Assembly (NCBI GenBank): GCA_964234715.1
Contig: OZ174290.1
Source: Podarcis melisellensis
Taxonomy: Eukaryota
Reading direction: 5' to 3' (one strand)
DNA length: 64,000 nt
In this document: positions 1-11,035 of the stretch, in pieces
How positions within the stretch are numbered: position 1 is the first letter of the stretch
How the letters are laid out: each line of letters begins with the position of its first letter
Translations under genes and position numbers: made by a program
The notes under the pieces: generated by a model
Seen by the model: only the letters and a program-made list of their open reading frames with translations
The model's database searches: none
Told to the model about the DNA's origin: nothing

Positions 1-621
1 CTAGTTAAAGCTGCCCAAGCGTTTCCATTCCAAAAAAACCCAACAAAAAAACACCCAACCACCACCCTCGGTTTCATTTGCTTCACATTCTTAACTTCCA
101 GGCTGAGGTTATTCTGCACCCGACCCCCTTCTTCAAGCACAGTCCCGACAGTGAAGCTTCTTAAATATTTCAAGTAAAAAAGGGCTTGTTCCGTTGCAGC
201 AAGTTGTAGGAGTGATGGTTCAAGGGAAATCACTGGAAAACAGGTACAAGCTGTTTTGAGATCCAGGCATGATGAAAAGCAGGATATTAAAAATAAAAAT
301 AAAAAATTGAAACAAAAGGAAAGAGGATTAGGAGGGAGGAGATGAAAACAAAACCCCAGCAGTATTTCTTAGTTACAGAGTTCTTGGAACAACCAGGTGG
401 AATAGAAAGAGCTTGAGCAGAGGAAAAGCTAAAAGTTGCTGGTATTTCAGTGGAACCAATGGAGAGAACCTGGAATCCCATTTCTCTTGCTTTCCTATAG
501 CCTGATGGAATGGCTGTATGCCCTCCATTCACTTTCTTTACTTCATCTCAACTGCTCCACTTTTTGAAACAATGGTTTTGATGTTGCTTGCCACGTACAT
601 ATGGTATATGCATGTTCTATT

Positions 622-798
622 GGGAAGGTAAACGGCGTTTCCATGCGCAGCTCTGGTTCGCCAGAAGTGGCTCAGTCATGCTGGCCACATGACTTGGAAG
701 CTGTATGCCAGCTCCCTCAGCCAGTAAAGCGAGATGAGCACTGCAACCCCAGAGTCATCCGTGACTGGACCTAACGGACAGGGGTCCCTTTACCTTTA
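622..798 (+). mobile_element. Sauria SINE, 5'-truncated (3' half)
   Basis: GGGAAGGTAAACGGCGTTTCC...CCCCAGAGTC...GACTGGACCTAA...GGGGTCCCTTTACCTTT; homologous to the full-length copy at 28034-28399; ACCTTT tail. Confidence 0.9.
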
Positions 799-874
799 TT
801 GGTTATAGCCTGATCTAAGAGAGTGCAAGATTTTAAGCAGAAATCTCCATACCTTCTTTTGATTGTGGAAATGT

Positions 875-914
875 GTGTGTATTTGTGTGTTGTGTGTGTG
901 TGTGTGTGTATGTA
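875..914. repeat. (TG)n microsatellite, imperfect
   Basis: directly visible. Confidence 0.9.
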
Positions 915-1949
915 TGGAAATATTTGCGAATATATGTATATTCCTACTGGTTCCTAGGCCACCATTTGGCAGCAGGGAGCTGGCACAGAAAGCTCCCTGG
1001 CTTGGCTTTATGAACTTGTACATGTTCCTTTCAAACATGAATGCAAATAAATGCCCATGCTGGTGTGTGAAAAGGGGTTCAGCCAACTGAGCTTGTTCTA
1101 CAGAAGCCACCGTGGAGTGAGAGTAATGACCATGTGAGGAAAATGAACCTTGTAAAGCATTTTATACAGGATTTCCAGACGGCAGAGGATAGCTGCCGCC
1201 GCCGTATAATATGTTATTTTGCAGCAATCAGAGACGGCAAGGAGAAGCCACTGGGCAACCTGTTTCCTATTAGGGCCACTTAGGCATTGGTTGAGATGAC
1301 AAAGGGGCATTAAGGGCTGCACCAGCTGCAGTCGGTACATGTCAAACAAGATGTTCTGTGCTGCAGCAGGGTCGTGTCAGGTATCTAGATGCTACTGAAT
1401 CGGAGATTTACTTCAAATGACTGGGCTTTGGAGCTACTCAGGGAAGAGTCTGGCCCCTTCAATGTGCTCATTGCAGTTGTGTTGTGTGGTAGCTGACAAG
1501 AGTTTGTGGGTCTCTCTAGGTGCAGTTTTTGCACTGAGAGCATGATAATATCACAGATACAGGTGTGTTCTTTACAGAACTTGGCTGGAAAGGTCTCAAA
1601 GAGTGGGTGCAACTTCAGCCTAATTTTTCTGTTGACATGCTATAGATGTGTGTGTGTGTGTGTGTGTGTGTTTATGAATGAAACAAAAGCTATTTGCTCT
1701 GCAATGCAACTCTTCCCTTCCCTCTCCTTTCCAATCCCCACCATAATGCCCCCTCATTTAACCAAGTGATCACTGAAGTCACTCAGACCAGAGTGCTTGC
1801 ATAGCTGGACTTGTGGTTCTCAGAGTTGAAGGCTTCCATTAGGTCCATAGAAACTGCAACAGCGTATTTATCGATCCCTGTTATCCATCACCATAAGTAA
1901 CATCCTTTGTAAACTCTGCAGCGGGAGATCTGATTTGCAGAGGTACTAA

Positions 1950-1950
1950 A

Positions 1951-1992
<42 letters not shown>
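1950..1992. repeat. compound (AC)n(AG)n microsatellite
   Basis: directly visible. Confidence 0.95.
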
Positions 1993-1993
<1 letters not shown>

Positions 1994-2849
1994 CACGCAC
2001 AAAGTTCCTTATTAGAGAAGTCATTTATTACTGGGACCTTTACTGAAATTTTCTTGTATCTCAGAAAGCACCAGTGCAGAAATAATAGAGGTATTAGTTT
2101 GTTGCCCATCTCATAGGAAAATATAACCTAGAGTGGACACAGAGATCTCCTACAGATGACAGTGATAAGGTCTGGCCATGGAAAAATAATCCTTGGTCCC
2201 CAGGCCAGAAAGATGCTTCGTGTTCCCCTTTGTGTTGCATGATTCATCTTAGAATTAGGATTGTAAAAAGCTGTGTTATGTATTGTTATACAACTGGCCC
2301 ATTTAGCTCATCACTGGAACAACTAGCTGGGATATTTGATAGGTGTTGTACACATCATAAAACATGTGACCTACCACTAAACTATCACTATCCCTCAATA
2401 CAGGGTCTGCCTTCCCCACTTCCCTTAATGAAGTTTAGGTTTATTTATATGTCTCTTTTCCACAGCAAATTGTGCCCAAAGCAGACCACAACAATCACTA
2501 ACTTATTATCAAAATGCATACAACTGAAAATGATCTGATGTGAAGCATACAAATACATTCAAACAAGGCAAAGCAATTTAGTAAACATAGATAAGTTCCA
2601 TATTACAATGAGATAATCTAGATCAGGGGTTGCCAGCATGGCACCCATGGGTGCCAGTGTGTCCATCAATACCCCCATGGTGCTCAAACAGTCTCCCCTA
2701 AAAAAACGTAATTACTCATAATGCACAAGAAGCTGTTGATGCTTCCTCTTTCATTGACTCAGCCTCTCATACATTGAACATTCCTTCTAAAACATGGCCA
2801 CATTTCATTGGATGCCAGGGTTTGATACAGCGTGTTCTCCAATAAATGA

Positions 2850-3665
2850 GAGCACGTGTTGCGGTGTGGGCCACCAGGCCAGGCCTCTTGTTGCCAGGCA
2901 GGTTAATAATTGTTGCCTGGCATCATGATTGGGTAACCAGGTTGCTGGGGCAAATTGTATGTTGCAAATTGGGTGGGAGGGACCATAGTCTTTAAATATT
3001 GGTGCACTCTGGTTTCTCTTTCTCTTTGCAGAGTGCATCAGATCACCCGCCCACCCGCCCTCTTTCCGGTTGACCTTGCTTTGCCTGTCATGGGGTCGTC
3101 TGCCTTGGAGCAGGGGCCTAGTAGGAATTTTGCCATTTGGTGATTGGCTGTGCCATTTGGTTTTGCCTACTACTCAGCAATTCGTCACAACTTGTAAGGT
3201 TGCGGTTAGGCATTGGTTATAATATGCTGGTGGTGGAGGGGTTCAGGCAGTGCCTGCCCCTCCTATTTCGCTGAAGGGAATTCCGTTAAAGGAATCCTGG
3301 GGCTTGCCATGATTTCGTCCAATCCCTGTTATGGGACCAGGGCCGCCCAATCCCTGTTATGGGAATCCTTGTTATAGGACCAGGCAGGCAAGCTTTCGGG
3401 GAGCTGCTGGGGTGAGCGGCGTGGGTCCGACTTTTAGCTCAAATGACCCCCAGTTTGACTTTCTCTTCTACTGGCTACTGATCGGACCTCGGGATGTCAG
3501 TTCTGTCCCAGGCGGGGGGACAGATAGTCATAACCAATGCCTAAACAACCACTCACTGATTTTGTATTTTAATAAAGTTGTGGCCAAAATAGTGCCCAAA
3601 AAACCAAAACTAAAATTACGTGTTATGTGTGAAGTTATTTGAGGGGTGGCCTGGGGACCTACACA
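2850..3665 (+). mobile_element. probable LTR-like or DIRS/Ngaro retrotransposon terminal remnant
   Basis: GC/CpG-richer block with CACCCGCCCACCCGCCCTC motif, short internal tandem (CCAATCCCTGTTATGGGA x~3 at ~3319-3380) and AATAAAGTTGTGGCC near the end; family assignment from memory only. Confidence 0.35.
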
Positions 3666-3789
3666 CGCAACTGGATATGATTCCAAACAGAGAGATCAAA
3701 GGTGTAAGCATGGTGGCGGCTGACGTTGGTGCCTTTTCTCTCCATTTATGGGGTGGCTATCAATTGTACTTTCTCTCTGTCTCTCATTA

Positions 3790-4152
3790 TTCCAACCTTC
3801 TCTTCAGTCTGACTCATTTCCTCAGCATTGTGTGATTTTTCTTTTTAAAAGTCCCCAGGCGATTTACCTGCATTTTTGGATGTAGTTCTCTAAACTTATG
3901 CATTTTTGTATACAATCATGCCTATTATACATGTTTTCACAAACAATGTACCCCAATGCAACATAGCGTTATATGCTTTTTTCACCAATATATGCACTAT
4001 TTGTACACACTTTTGGTTGGGGAACTGCATCACAAAATGTGGAGAAGTGTGAGTTTTGAAAGATAGCTTTTGGTGTGCTTATCACTTCAGGAAATGTGTT
4101 TCACGTAAGTCCACGTTAAAATACACACCAAGCAAATTTCTCCCCCATCCCT
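3790..4152. mobile_element. old non-autonomous DNA-transposon-like repeat (related pieces at ~12470-12545, 22020-22390, 39650-39950)
   Basis: shared degenerate motifs (TATATGCATTTTTGTACAC, GAACTGCAT..CAAAAT, AAATTTCTCCCCCATCCCT terminus) between copies in this window. Confidence 0.5.
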
Positions 4153-5134
4153 CCTTGGGACCTCCAAAATTTGTCTTGACATTTCACTTTTATTGAAACT
4201 CTGCACCACTGTAGAGACATATAGAGCCTCACTGAGAAATACAGGTACCTTTAAAGTTGCTTCAGAAAACACTGCCTTCAGTGAAGTTCAAAAGCCCATG
4301 AGGTTGATTTCTTTGTCCCCTCCACCCCTCAGCAATAAGCATCTGGCGCTGATCAAAGTCACAAATCTAGAGCTTTCCCCATTGTGCTTCGTACAAATAT
4401 TTCCCTTCTTGCTCAGTCTGTTTGTTGTCCTCCATTCCCCTCCTTTGCCATGCTTTGCTTTCCTTCAAAGATGACACCGGCTAGTGTAGGAAGTGAACTG
4501 GGGATAATGCTGTACTAAAAAAGGCAGAACATGAACCATCTGATGCTTTCTCTCATCCAGCTCTTTCCCCTCCTCCTCCATGGGGAAATTCTAGGCGTGT
4601 TGGAGTGATGGCTCTGTGCAAATTCCCAGCTGACAGGTTGCATGTTTGGACTGATTGTCTGGGCTGGAATTCATTAGGAACCTTTGTCTTTGCAGCTGTC
4701 TCTTGGATTATATCTTTATTGATCCTGCCTACCCATGACCAATGGGAAATATGTGGAAAATGATGAAGCTTCTTCAGAAGGGGGAGTTCATAATCTTGTT
4801 CTAACAAAGCTGAGGCCCTTAGGGGAGGATGAATAGCCTGTGTGTAGAGCCTATTTCAAAATGATATGGCTATCACATCTTGTTCCCCTTTGTTTTACCA
4901 GGATAACATTCAATTACCCCTTGCAACAGCAGCTTCTCTTAAGGGTGATTGTGGCAGCTAATCACTTGCCCCTGTTAGTCAGAGACTAAAATACAAACCA
5001 GACTATGGGAGCCCACCTGGGACAATAAGTAGAACCAACTGTATCTAGGCAATGAGAAAAGAGTGGGCAGAGGTCTATCAACACCAAGTACTTGTTAGTT
5101 CCCTCTGAATGGAAGGTTGTTTTTTCCCCCTTCA

Positions 5135-5315
5135 GTGTCCACAAGTTGTCAACATCAAAATGCTATCCCATTCCACAACCCTTGAAACTGGATCTATGGT
5201 TTCTGTGGAAAATCTGATAAATAACCCCACCCAACCTGTAAAGAAACAGTAACTTCTGATGAAAGGATGGGGAGGATAAGGGGTGGCATTTTGATGAGGT
5301 CAACATTGTGCAGAT
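5135..5315. mobile_element. degenerate palindromic MITE
   Basis: inverted repeat CACAAGTTGTCAACATCAAAATGCTATCCC ... GGGTGGCATTTTGATGAGGTCAACATTGTG. Confidence 0.5.
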
Positions 5316-6699
5316 AATACAGTCTGCATGCATGAGCAACACTGATTCCAGTTCAGGGCAGGGGGTGCATTAGGGAAAATGGGGCATTGTCTCATTAACC
5401 TCAGTCTGACCTCAGCCAGTTCCCATCTCTTTGCCTTCTTAATTGCAACCAGTCCAAGGGCTGGCTGTCGGCTTCCTCCCCCTTAGTCTCAGTTTTGCTC
5501 TTGCAGTATTCAGCAGAGAGGAGAATGGGGGCAAAACTAGAATTAGTTGGCTCCACTTATCACTGGCTCTCACTTGGTCTGTCTTTGGTCTCCCTGCTTT
5601 CTGCCCTACCAATCCCAAAAGGCCCCAGCTGTCACTGACTACATCCACAATAAACTTACACATGGAACTAAATTGCACAGGTCTGGAATACTTGTTTTCA
5701 TCATCATTTGTACAGCCATTCAGCTTCTGCTACATATGGCAAATGCCAAAGAGTTCCTGACCACTGAAAAACTGAGCCCCTCTGCAGAGATTGCCCGCAC
5801 ACACTTTAGAACATATCTTCACATATATTAAGGTCTCGAAACTTCATTTCTCACATATAGGAAAAAAAACAAAAACTGAGAGATACTTTGTTGCTCCTTT
5901 TCATTTCAATTGGGTTAACACAGAATAGCTGCTCAGCAGTTTACATTATTGATAATAAACAAATAATAATAATAAGCAGCTCTATTTTGAAAAAATACTG
6001 TGTAGTTTTCATGCCCTGCTAAGGAGCTCCCAGACGGAGGCCACTTTTGCTTGCTATTAGCCTGTGTTCAGTTACCTGGGTGCCCCCAAAGGGAGAGAAG
6101 AGTCCACTGGCCAATTCCATATTCCCCACAGTCGCTTCCATTTTCAAAAATCAGAAGCCATCCTGCAGAATTGCAACAGCTCCGCTTAACCCAAGCCAAA
6201 TTTGAGCTCCAGAGCCTTCCCCAGAGTATGGAGATAAACACACTGTCTTTGCCATGTCTGCCTTGGAGAACCTCACTAATCCTTTCAGAAACCCCCCTGA
6301 GGGAATCCAAAGCTGCTTTTCATTAGCCTGACAAGCCCAACAAGCTTTCCAGCCAGCTCATACCCACTGATAGGATGCAGGCACTTGCCTTCATGCAATA
6401 AATGGAGGGAGCTGGGGAGAGGTGCAGAAGGAACGGCTCATTCCGTTTGCTGGGAGCAGCAAGACAAAAGCCTTCAGGAAGATGAAGAGGCGAGAAAGGT
6501 GGGAGGGGGACACTATGCATGTGACTGTGATTATTTGGACTTTCTAGCTGTATCACCAAGAGGACAAAAGGGGGAGGGCAGAGCCACTTGATAGAGTTCA
6601 TCCCTGCATGGAACCAATAGTTTAGAGTCAGAAAGAGCTGAAGGGGTTGGGAGACTGGTATAATTTCAAGAAATCTCCCTTCTTGGCTTTGGCTTGAAC

Positions 6700-7150
6700 C
6701 CCTCCCTAGAATTACTGCTTAATGCAATGTTCTTCTGTGGCTTCTTTTTCCTCCTGCTTTTGACCGATAAGGTTCCACATCTTTGGCGTCCCAGTGATAA
6801 TCTTGCTGTGGTGCATAAATGTAGTATTGGTCTGATTTAGTGAGTTAAAAGAAGAAGAAAAGGAAAGATCTAAGAGTTTCCCATTCCAATAAGAAACTCT
6901 GTTGTCTTCATATAGACTTAGCAGTTTGGCCACTGTGTTAAGATTCTCACTGGAATCAAGATCTTTGACAAACATGGCCCACGTGTATTAATACATGATG
7001 GGACACTGTGGCAGGTCTCAGCCTCTTGGAGGATTAATATCTTAAGATTGTGACTCTTACCGTGTCTTGTCTTAACATCTGAGACAATGTAATCTTCTTC
7101 AGGCTGCTTTGATGCCAAATACCTCTCACCAGCCATGTATTGAGGTTTTC
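6700..7150 (-). mobile_element. possible decayed L1-clade ORF1 fragment
   Basis: overlapping minus-strand peptides (DYIVSD..KILILQEA; FVKDLDS..NRVSYW..LLDLSF) loosely resemble the L1 ORF1p RRM/CTD pattern. Confidence 0.3.
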
Positions 7151-7294
7151 CAGCCCATTCAGTTTCGCTGGCAAACTTCAGGGAGCAAACGTCAGAGGTT
7201 TTTCAGCCTTTAATGGGCTGTGTGGGGCACAGCAGGCCACAAGCTGTGCAGGCTCTCAGTAGTGATTTGATCTTTAAATAAAATCTGCACAACA

Positions 7295-7460
7295 TTTGAA
7301 TATTGGGCTACTGTGGTGTGGGGCTTCCATTGAGAAAGGTCTGGAAACTGCAGCTGTTGCAGATTCTTGCTGCAGTCAGGTTGCTGAGTAGTGCACTTGG
7401 ATGTGCACACCTTACAGCTCTGCTAAGGAATCTGCACTGGCTGCCGATTAGCTACGGATC
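7295..7460 (+). mobile_element. L2 LINE ORF2 C-terminal fragment
   Basis: peptide GYCGVGLPLRKVWKLQLLQILAAVRLL...HLTALLRNLHWLPI matches the L2 motif DYCN..GLP....KLQ.VQN.AARL...H.TP.L..LHWLP. Confidence 0.85.
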
Positions 7461-8789
7461 TGGACAGCACTGTGCAAATGCATGGGCAGCAGCGCTGGAT
7501 TAGCCCCATCAATTCACTTCAACTGCAATGATCTGCACACTGGCTCTCCTTCCTGGAAAGCAACAGTATCTGTTGGTGTACTGGCTCCACTCCACCTGAC
7601 ATGCCACTTCTATGGAGACCAAATCCAAGTATTTCCATTTTCTTCCTCTTCATCCTCTGCCTTGAAACAACCTTTAAAATGGATGGTAAATGCACTAGTA
7701 TGGCAGAACTATGTCTTTCTTCTCTCTAAAGAAGCCCCCAAGAATATGAGACAGGCTCATGCTAAGATGTATGCAGGTGAGGACCTAGCATGGTATACTG
7801 GTATACAACATGTATGCATACATTAATACGGTGTAGAGCATTCTTTTCTGCTGGGGCAATATCCTCAATGCCTTCACTATCCTGCAGAGCTAGACAGCCC
7901 ACACTGTGTGTCTTGCTGGTGCATCAGCTTCTTGAGACAGCATCCTTTTGGTTGGCTCCAGGAGAGAAGCAATGAAAGCGCAGACTGTTCTCATTCCCTT
8001 CCTATGATTTCTGCTCCAGATTGCTCTCTCTCTCTCCCCCCCCCCCCATGAGCCACTAATTTCTACCATTTTCTTCCCGTTGGTGACAGAACATTTTAGT
8101 TCTCCTGGTGTGAACCCCATTACCGAGGGCTTTATTCCCCCACCTGCCATTGGCTGAGTTCTACAGGGGCTCCGCAAATGCCCCCCCCCCAACACTGCGG
8201 AATGAAATCATTCTGCACTATATTAATTCAGATGGCTTTTCTTTCCATTCCATCGGCCGCTATTATGGCAGCATTGGTTGGCAATGAAAGACCCTTTAGG
8301 GTGGAGAAAATCAAATAATCTTCTACAAACACAAATGTGTCTGGACTATGATTATCCTAATGCAATTGGTGAATGAACTCTGATTATGGGTGTCGTGCAT
8401 GTGTGTGTGTGTTGGTGTACATCGTTTCTTAAGACACTTATATGCTAATCCATTGATTGATAGATTGGCACTTGCATGCCTTTGTGGTGTGTAGATTACT
8501 ATTCATTAACATCAGACAGCTCAGACCAGCCTGGCCTTTTTCTTTTGTGAGATGATTTTGGGATGAGCTGTAGCATTGGAAAGTGGTGTCTATACACAGA
8601 TTCTGTTAATTTTGCCCATGTAAAGGCTGGAGGGAAAGGACTGTGAACATGGAAAGAGCAGAGCCTAGTATATACTGCAAATGTTTGTGTTGGCCAAATT
8701 TTTGATGGGGTTTGGTGGCTTAACTTTAAGGAAAACAGATCTTCTTGTGTTTCTGGGAATACAGGGCCAGGCCCAGACAGTCTGAGCTG

Positions 8790-8925
8790 CCTAAATCCAA
8801 CTTTAGGTCCCCAAATGTTGTTGGAGTGCAATTCCCTTTGTCCCTGGCTATTGGCTAAACTTGGTCAGGATTATGGGCATTGTAGTTCAACAAAATCTGG
8901 GGACCCAAAGTTGAAAAATGCTGGT
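8790..8925. mobile_element. degenerate palindromic hAT-type MITE (family of 53704-53839)
   Basis: CAACTTTAGGTCCCCAAATGTTG ... CAACAAAATCTGGGGACCCAAAGTTG inverted arms. Confidence 0.7.
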
Positions 8926-9084
8926 CTAAATTCTGGGATATTAACATACAGGAGGAGCTTTTTCGAAATCTCTTTATTGAAAGAGGCATGAAGAAGATAG
9001 TGGAAAGCTGTATTATGGGATGCACAAACAATAAGCTTGAGACTTGCAATAATGTTAGAGCAGATGATCCACAAGCCAAGGTGC

Positions 9085-9220
9085 AGGAATAGGCAGCCTG
9101 GTGCCCTCCAGATGTTATATGATTGCCACCAGCCTCAGCCAGCATGCCCAATGGCTAGGGTTGATGGGAGCTGTAGTACAACAACAACAACAACTAGAAA
9201 GCTCCATGTTGGCCACTCCA
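9085..9220. mobile_element. degenerate palindromic hAT-type MITE (family of 53704-53839)
   Basis: GGTGCCCTCCAGATG...GATGGGAGCTGTAGT similarity to the young copy. Confidence 0.65.
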
Positions 9221-10596
9221 GATATAGTGGAAAATATATACAATCTGCATATAAAAACAGCTGAGATGTACATTCATGCAGTTATTCACATGCAACAAGT
9301 GTACAATCTGTGCACCTGTGCACAGAAGAGTTGAACCGTGCAAATTGGCAAACATGCACTCTTTCACACAAACTCTTATTTATGTGTAGAGCCAGTTTAG
9401 ATCTGTGTTCAGTAAAATGTGTGAACTAGTCTCATGTTATGATGCCCTGACTCTAGAACACCCATCTCACAGAAGTATGACTTTCTTTCTTTTCCTTTTA
9501 GCAACAGGTCAAAACGTTTTTGTTTGGTCAGGTGTATTCTTTGTTTCATTTTGAAGACTTTCCTAATGTGCTTCACTTCCACTTAAAGCTGTTCTGATGA
9601 GAGAGAGAGAGAGACAAGGGGGGAAGGATAGGGAAAAGGAGAGAGAGTTGTATCTAAGACAATTTTAGGTCTTATATTACCTTGTACACTGCCCAGATAT
9701 CTAATTAAAAGAGAGAAAGGCTTTTTTAAAAAAAATCAGTTAATTACGCAAACACATTGTGACCCCGAATTTGGTGGCAGCTCCAGTAATTTTTATTTTA
9801 AAATGAGGCTGTAGATATGCAGTCCCAAAGATCCAGTCCCTTAGTTAGTGTACATTGGCGGAGCAGCACTGACTTTTCTGTAAGTCATCTTGACAGTGCA
9901 GCTGAGCAGATTTATGCACAGGCTGAGATGCCGGTTTGTAAACTTTTGCAGCCTAAAGCAGGTATAATCTTGATTTTAAATGAAGAGCCCTGTCTCAACC
10001 CAGCTGAACTTTCGTATAAATAGCCTAGCATGAACCCAGCATGGCTGTGCTCTTGCTGGCTTAGCTTGGCTATTGCCGTTAGCAGTTTATTAGCTAGCTC
10101 GGCTGCCCATGTTTTTGTCCTTTTGGAGAGCCTCTTTATTGCTCACCTTCTTTCTTTAATATAAAGTTGTTTTGAACTGTTTCTTTTTAATGTTGTATTT
10201 TAATTGTCAAGGCCTGCCCTGGGACCTTGAGGGTTACGTGTGGCTAATAAAGTGTATTATTATTAATAATAATAATATTAATCATCTGCTAGTGCAGATT
10301 ATAAGGTGAAAATACAAATGTGTGCAGTAGAATATAGGCAATAGCATGCCCATTCTCACAAAATTAATTTGTTCTTATTTATAGTTCTTAGGTTAGGAAA
10401 ACTTTCTTAATACTAATGGTAGCAATATGATAGTGAAATGCTGGATATTATAACAAAAAGGGGCCTCTGGCAGTGCAGTGCATACCTTTGCCTTCTGTAC
10501 ACAAGGGTATGTTACCCTTCCTTGCAGAATTCCCTGGTGCAGGGCAGGTTTTTCTGTCACCACACCAATAATTCTCAAGTGCAATGTCATACATTA

Positions 10597-11035
10597 AAGA
10601 ACAAAAGAAGAGCCCTGCTGGATCAGGGTAAAGCAGGGGTCAGCAAACTTTTTCAGCAGGGGGGCAGTCCACTGTCCCTCAGACCTTGTGGGGGGGGGAC
10701 GGACTATGTTCTGAAGGGGGGGGGGTGAACAAATTCCTATGCCCCACAAATAACCCAGAGATCCATTTTAAATAAAAGGACACATTCTACCATTCGCTGG
10801 CCAGATTTAGAAGGTAATTGGGCCGGATCCAGATCCTTAGTTTGCCTACCCATGGGGTAAAGGCTCACCTAGTCCAGCATCCTATTCTCACAGTGATCAA
10901 TCAGATGCCCAAATGGGATGCCCAAATGGGATGCCTGGAAGCAGGATCTGAGCACAAGGGCACCCTTGTTTCCAAAAACTGCTATTCAGGGGAATAATGC
11001 CTCTGACAGTGGAGGCAGAACATAGCTGCTTAGGA
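10597..11035 (-). mobile_element. CR1 LINE 3' UTR fragment interrupted by a hAT MITE
   Basis: AAGAAGAGCCCTGCTGGATCAGG..AAAGG.TCA.CTAGTCCAGCATCC; homologous to copies at 13696, 15847, 35728, 43165, 60838. Confidence 0.85.
10634..10854. mobile_element. hAT-superfamily MITE
   Basis: TIRs CAGGGGTCAGCAAACT / AGTTTGCCTACCCATG; perfect 8-bp TSD GGGTAAAG (10626-10633, 10855-10862). Confidence 0.9.

Noticed and set aside
102-244. Possible exon (pyrimidine tract + CAG acceptor, CAG/GTAC donor)
   Set aside because: Stop codons in all three frames and weak donor; a non-coding exon cannot be excluded
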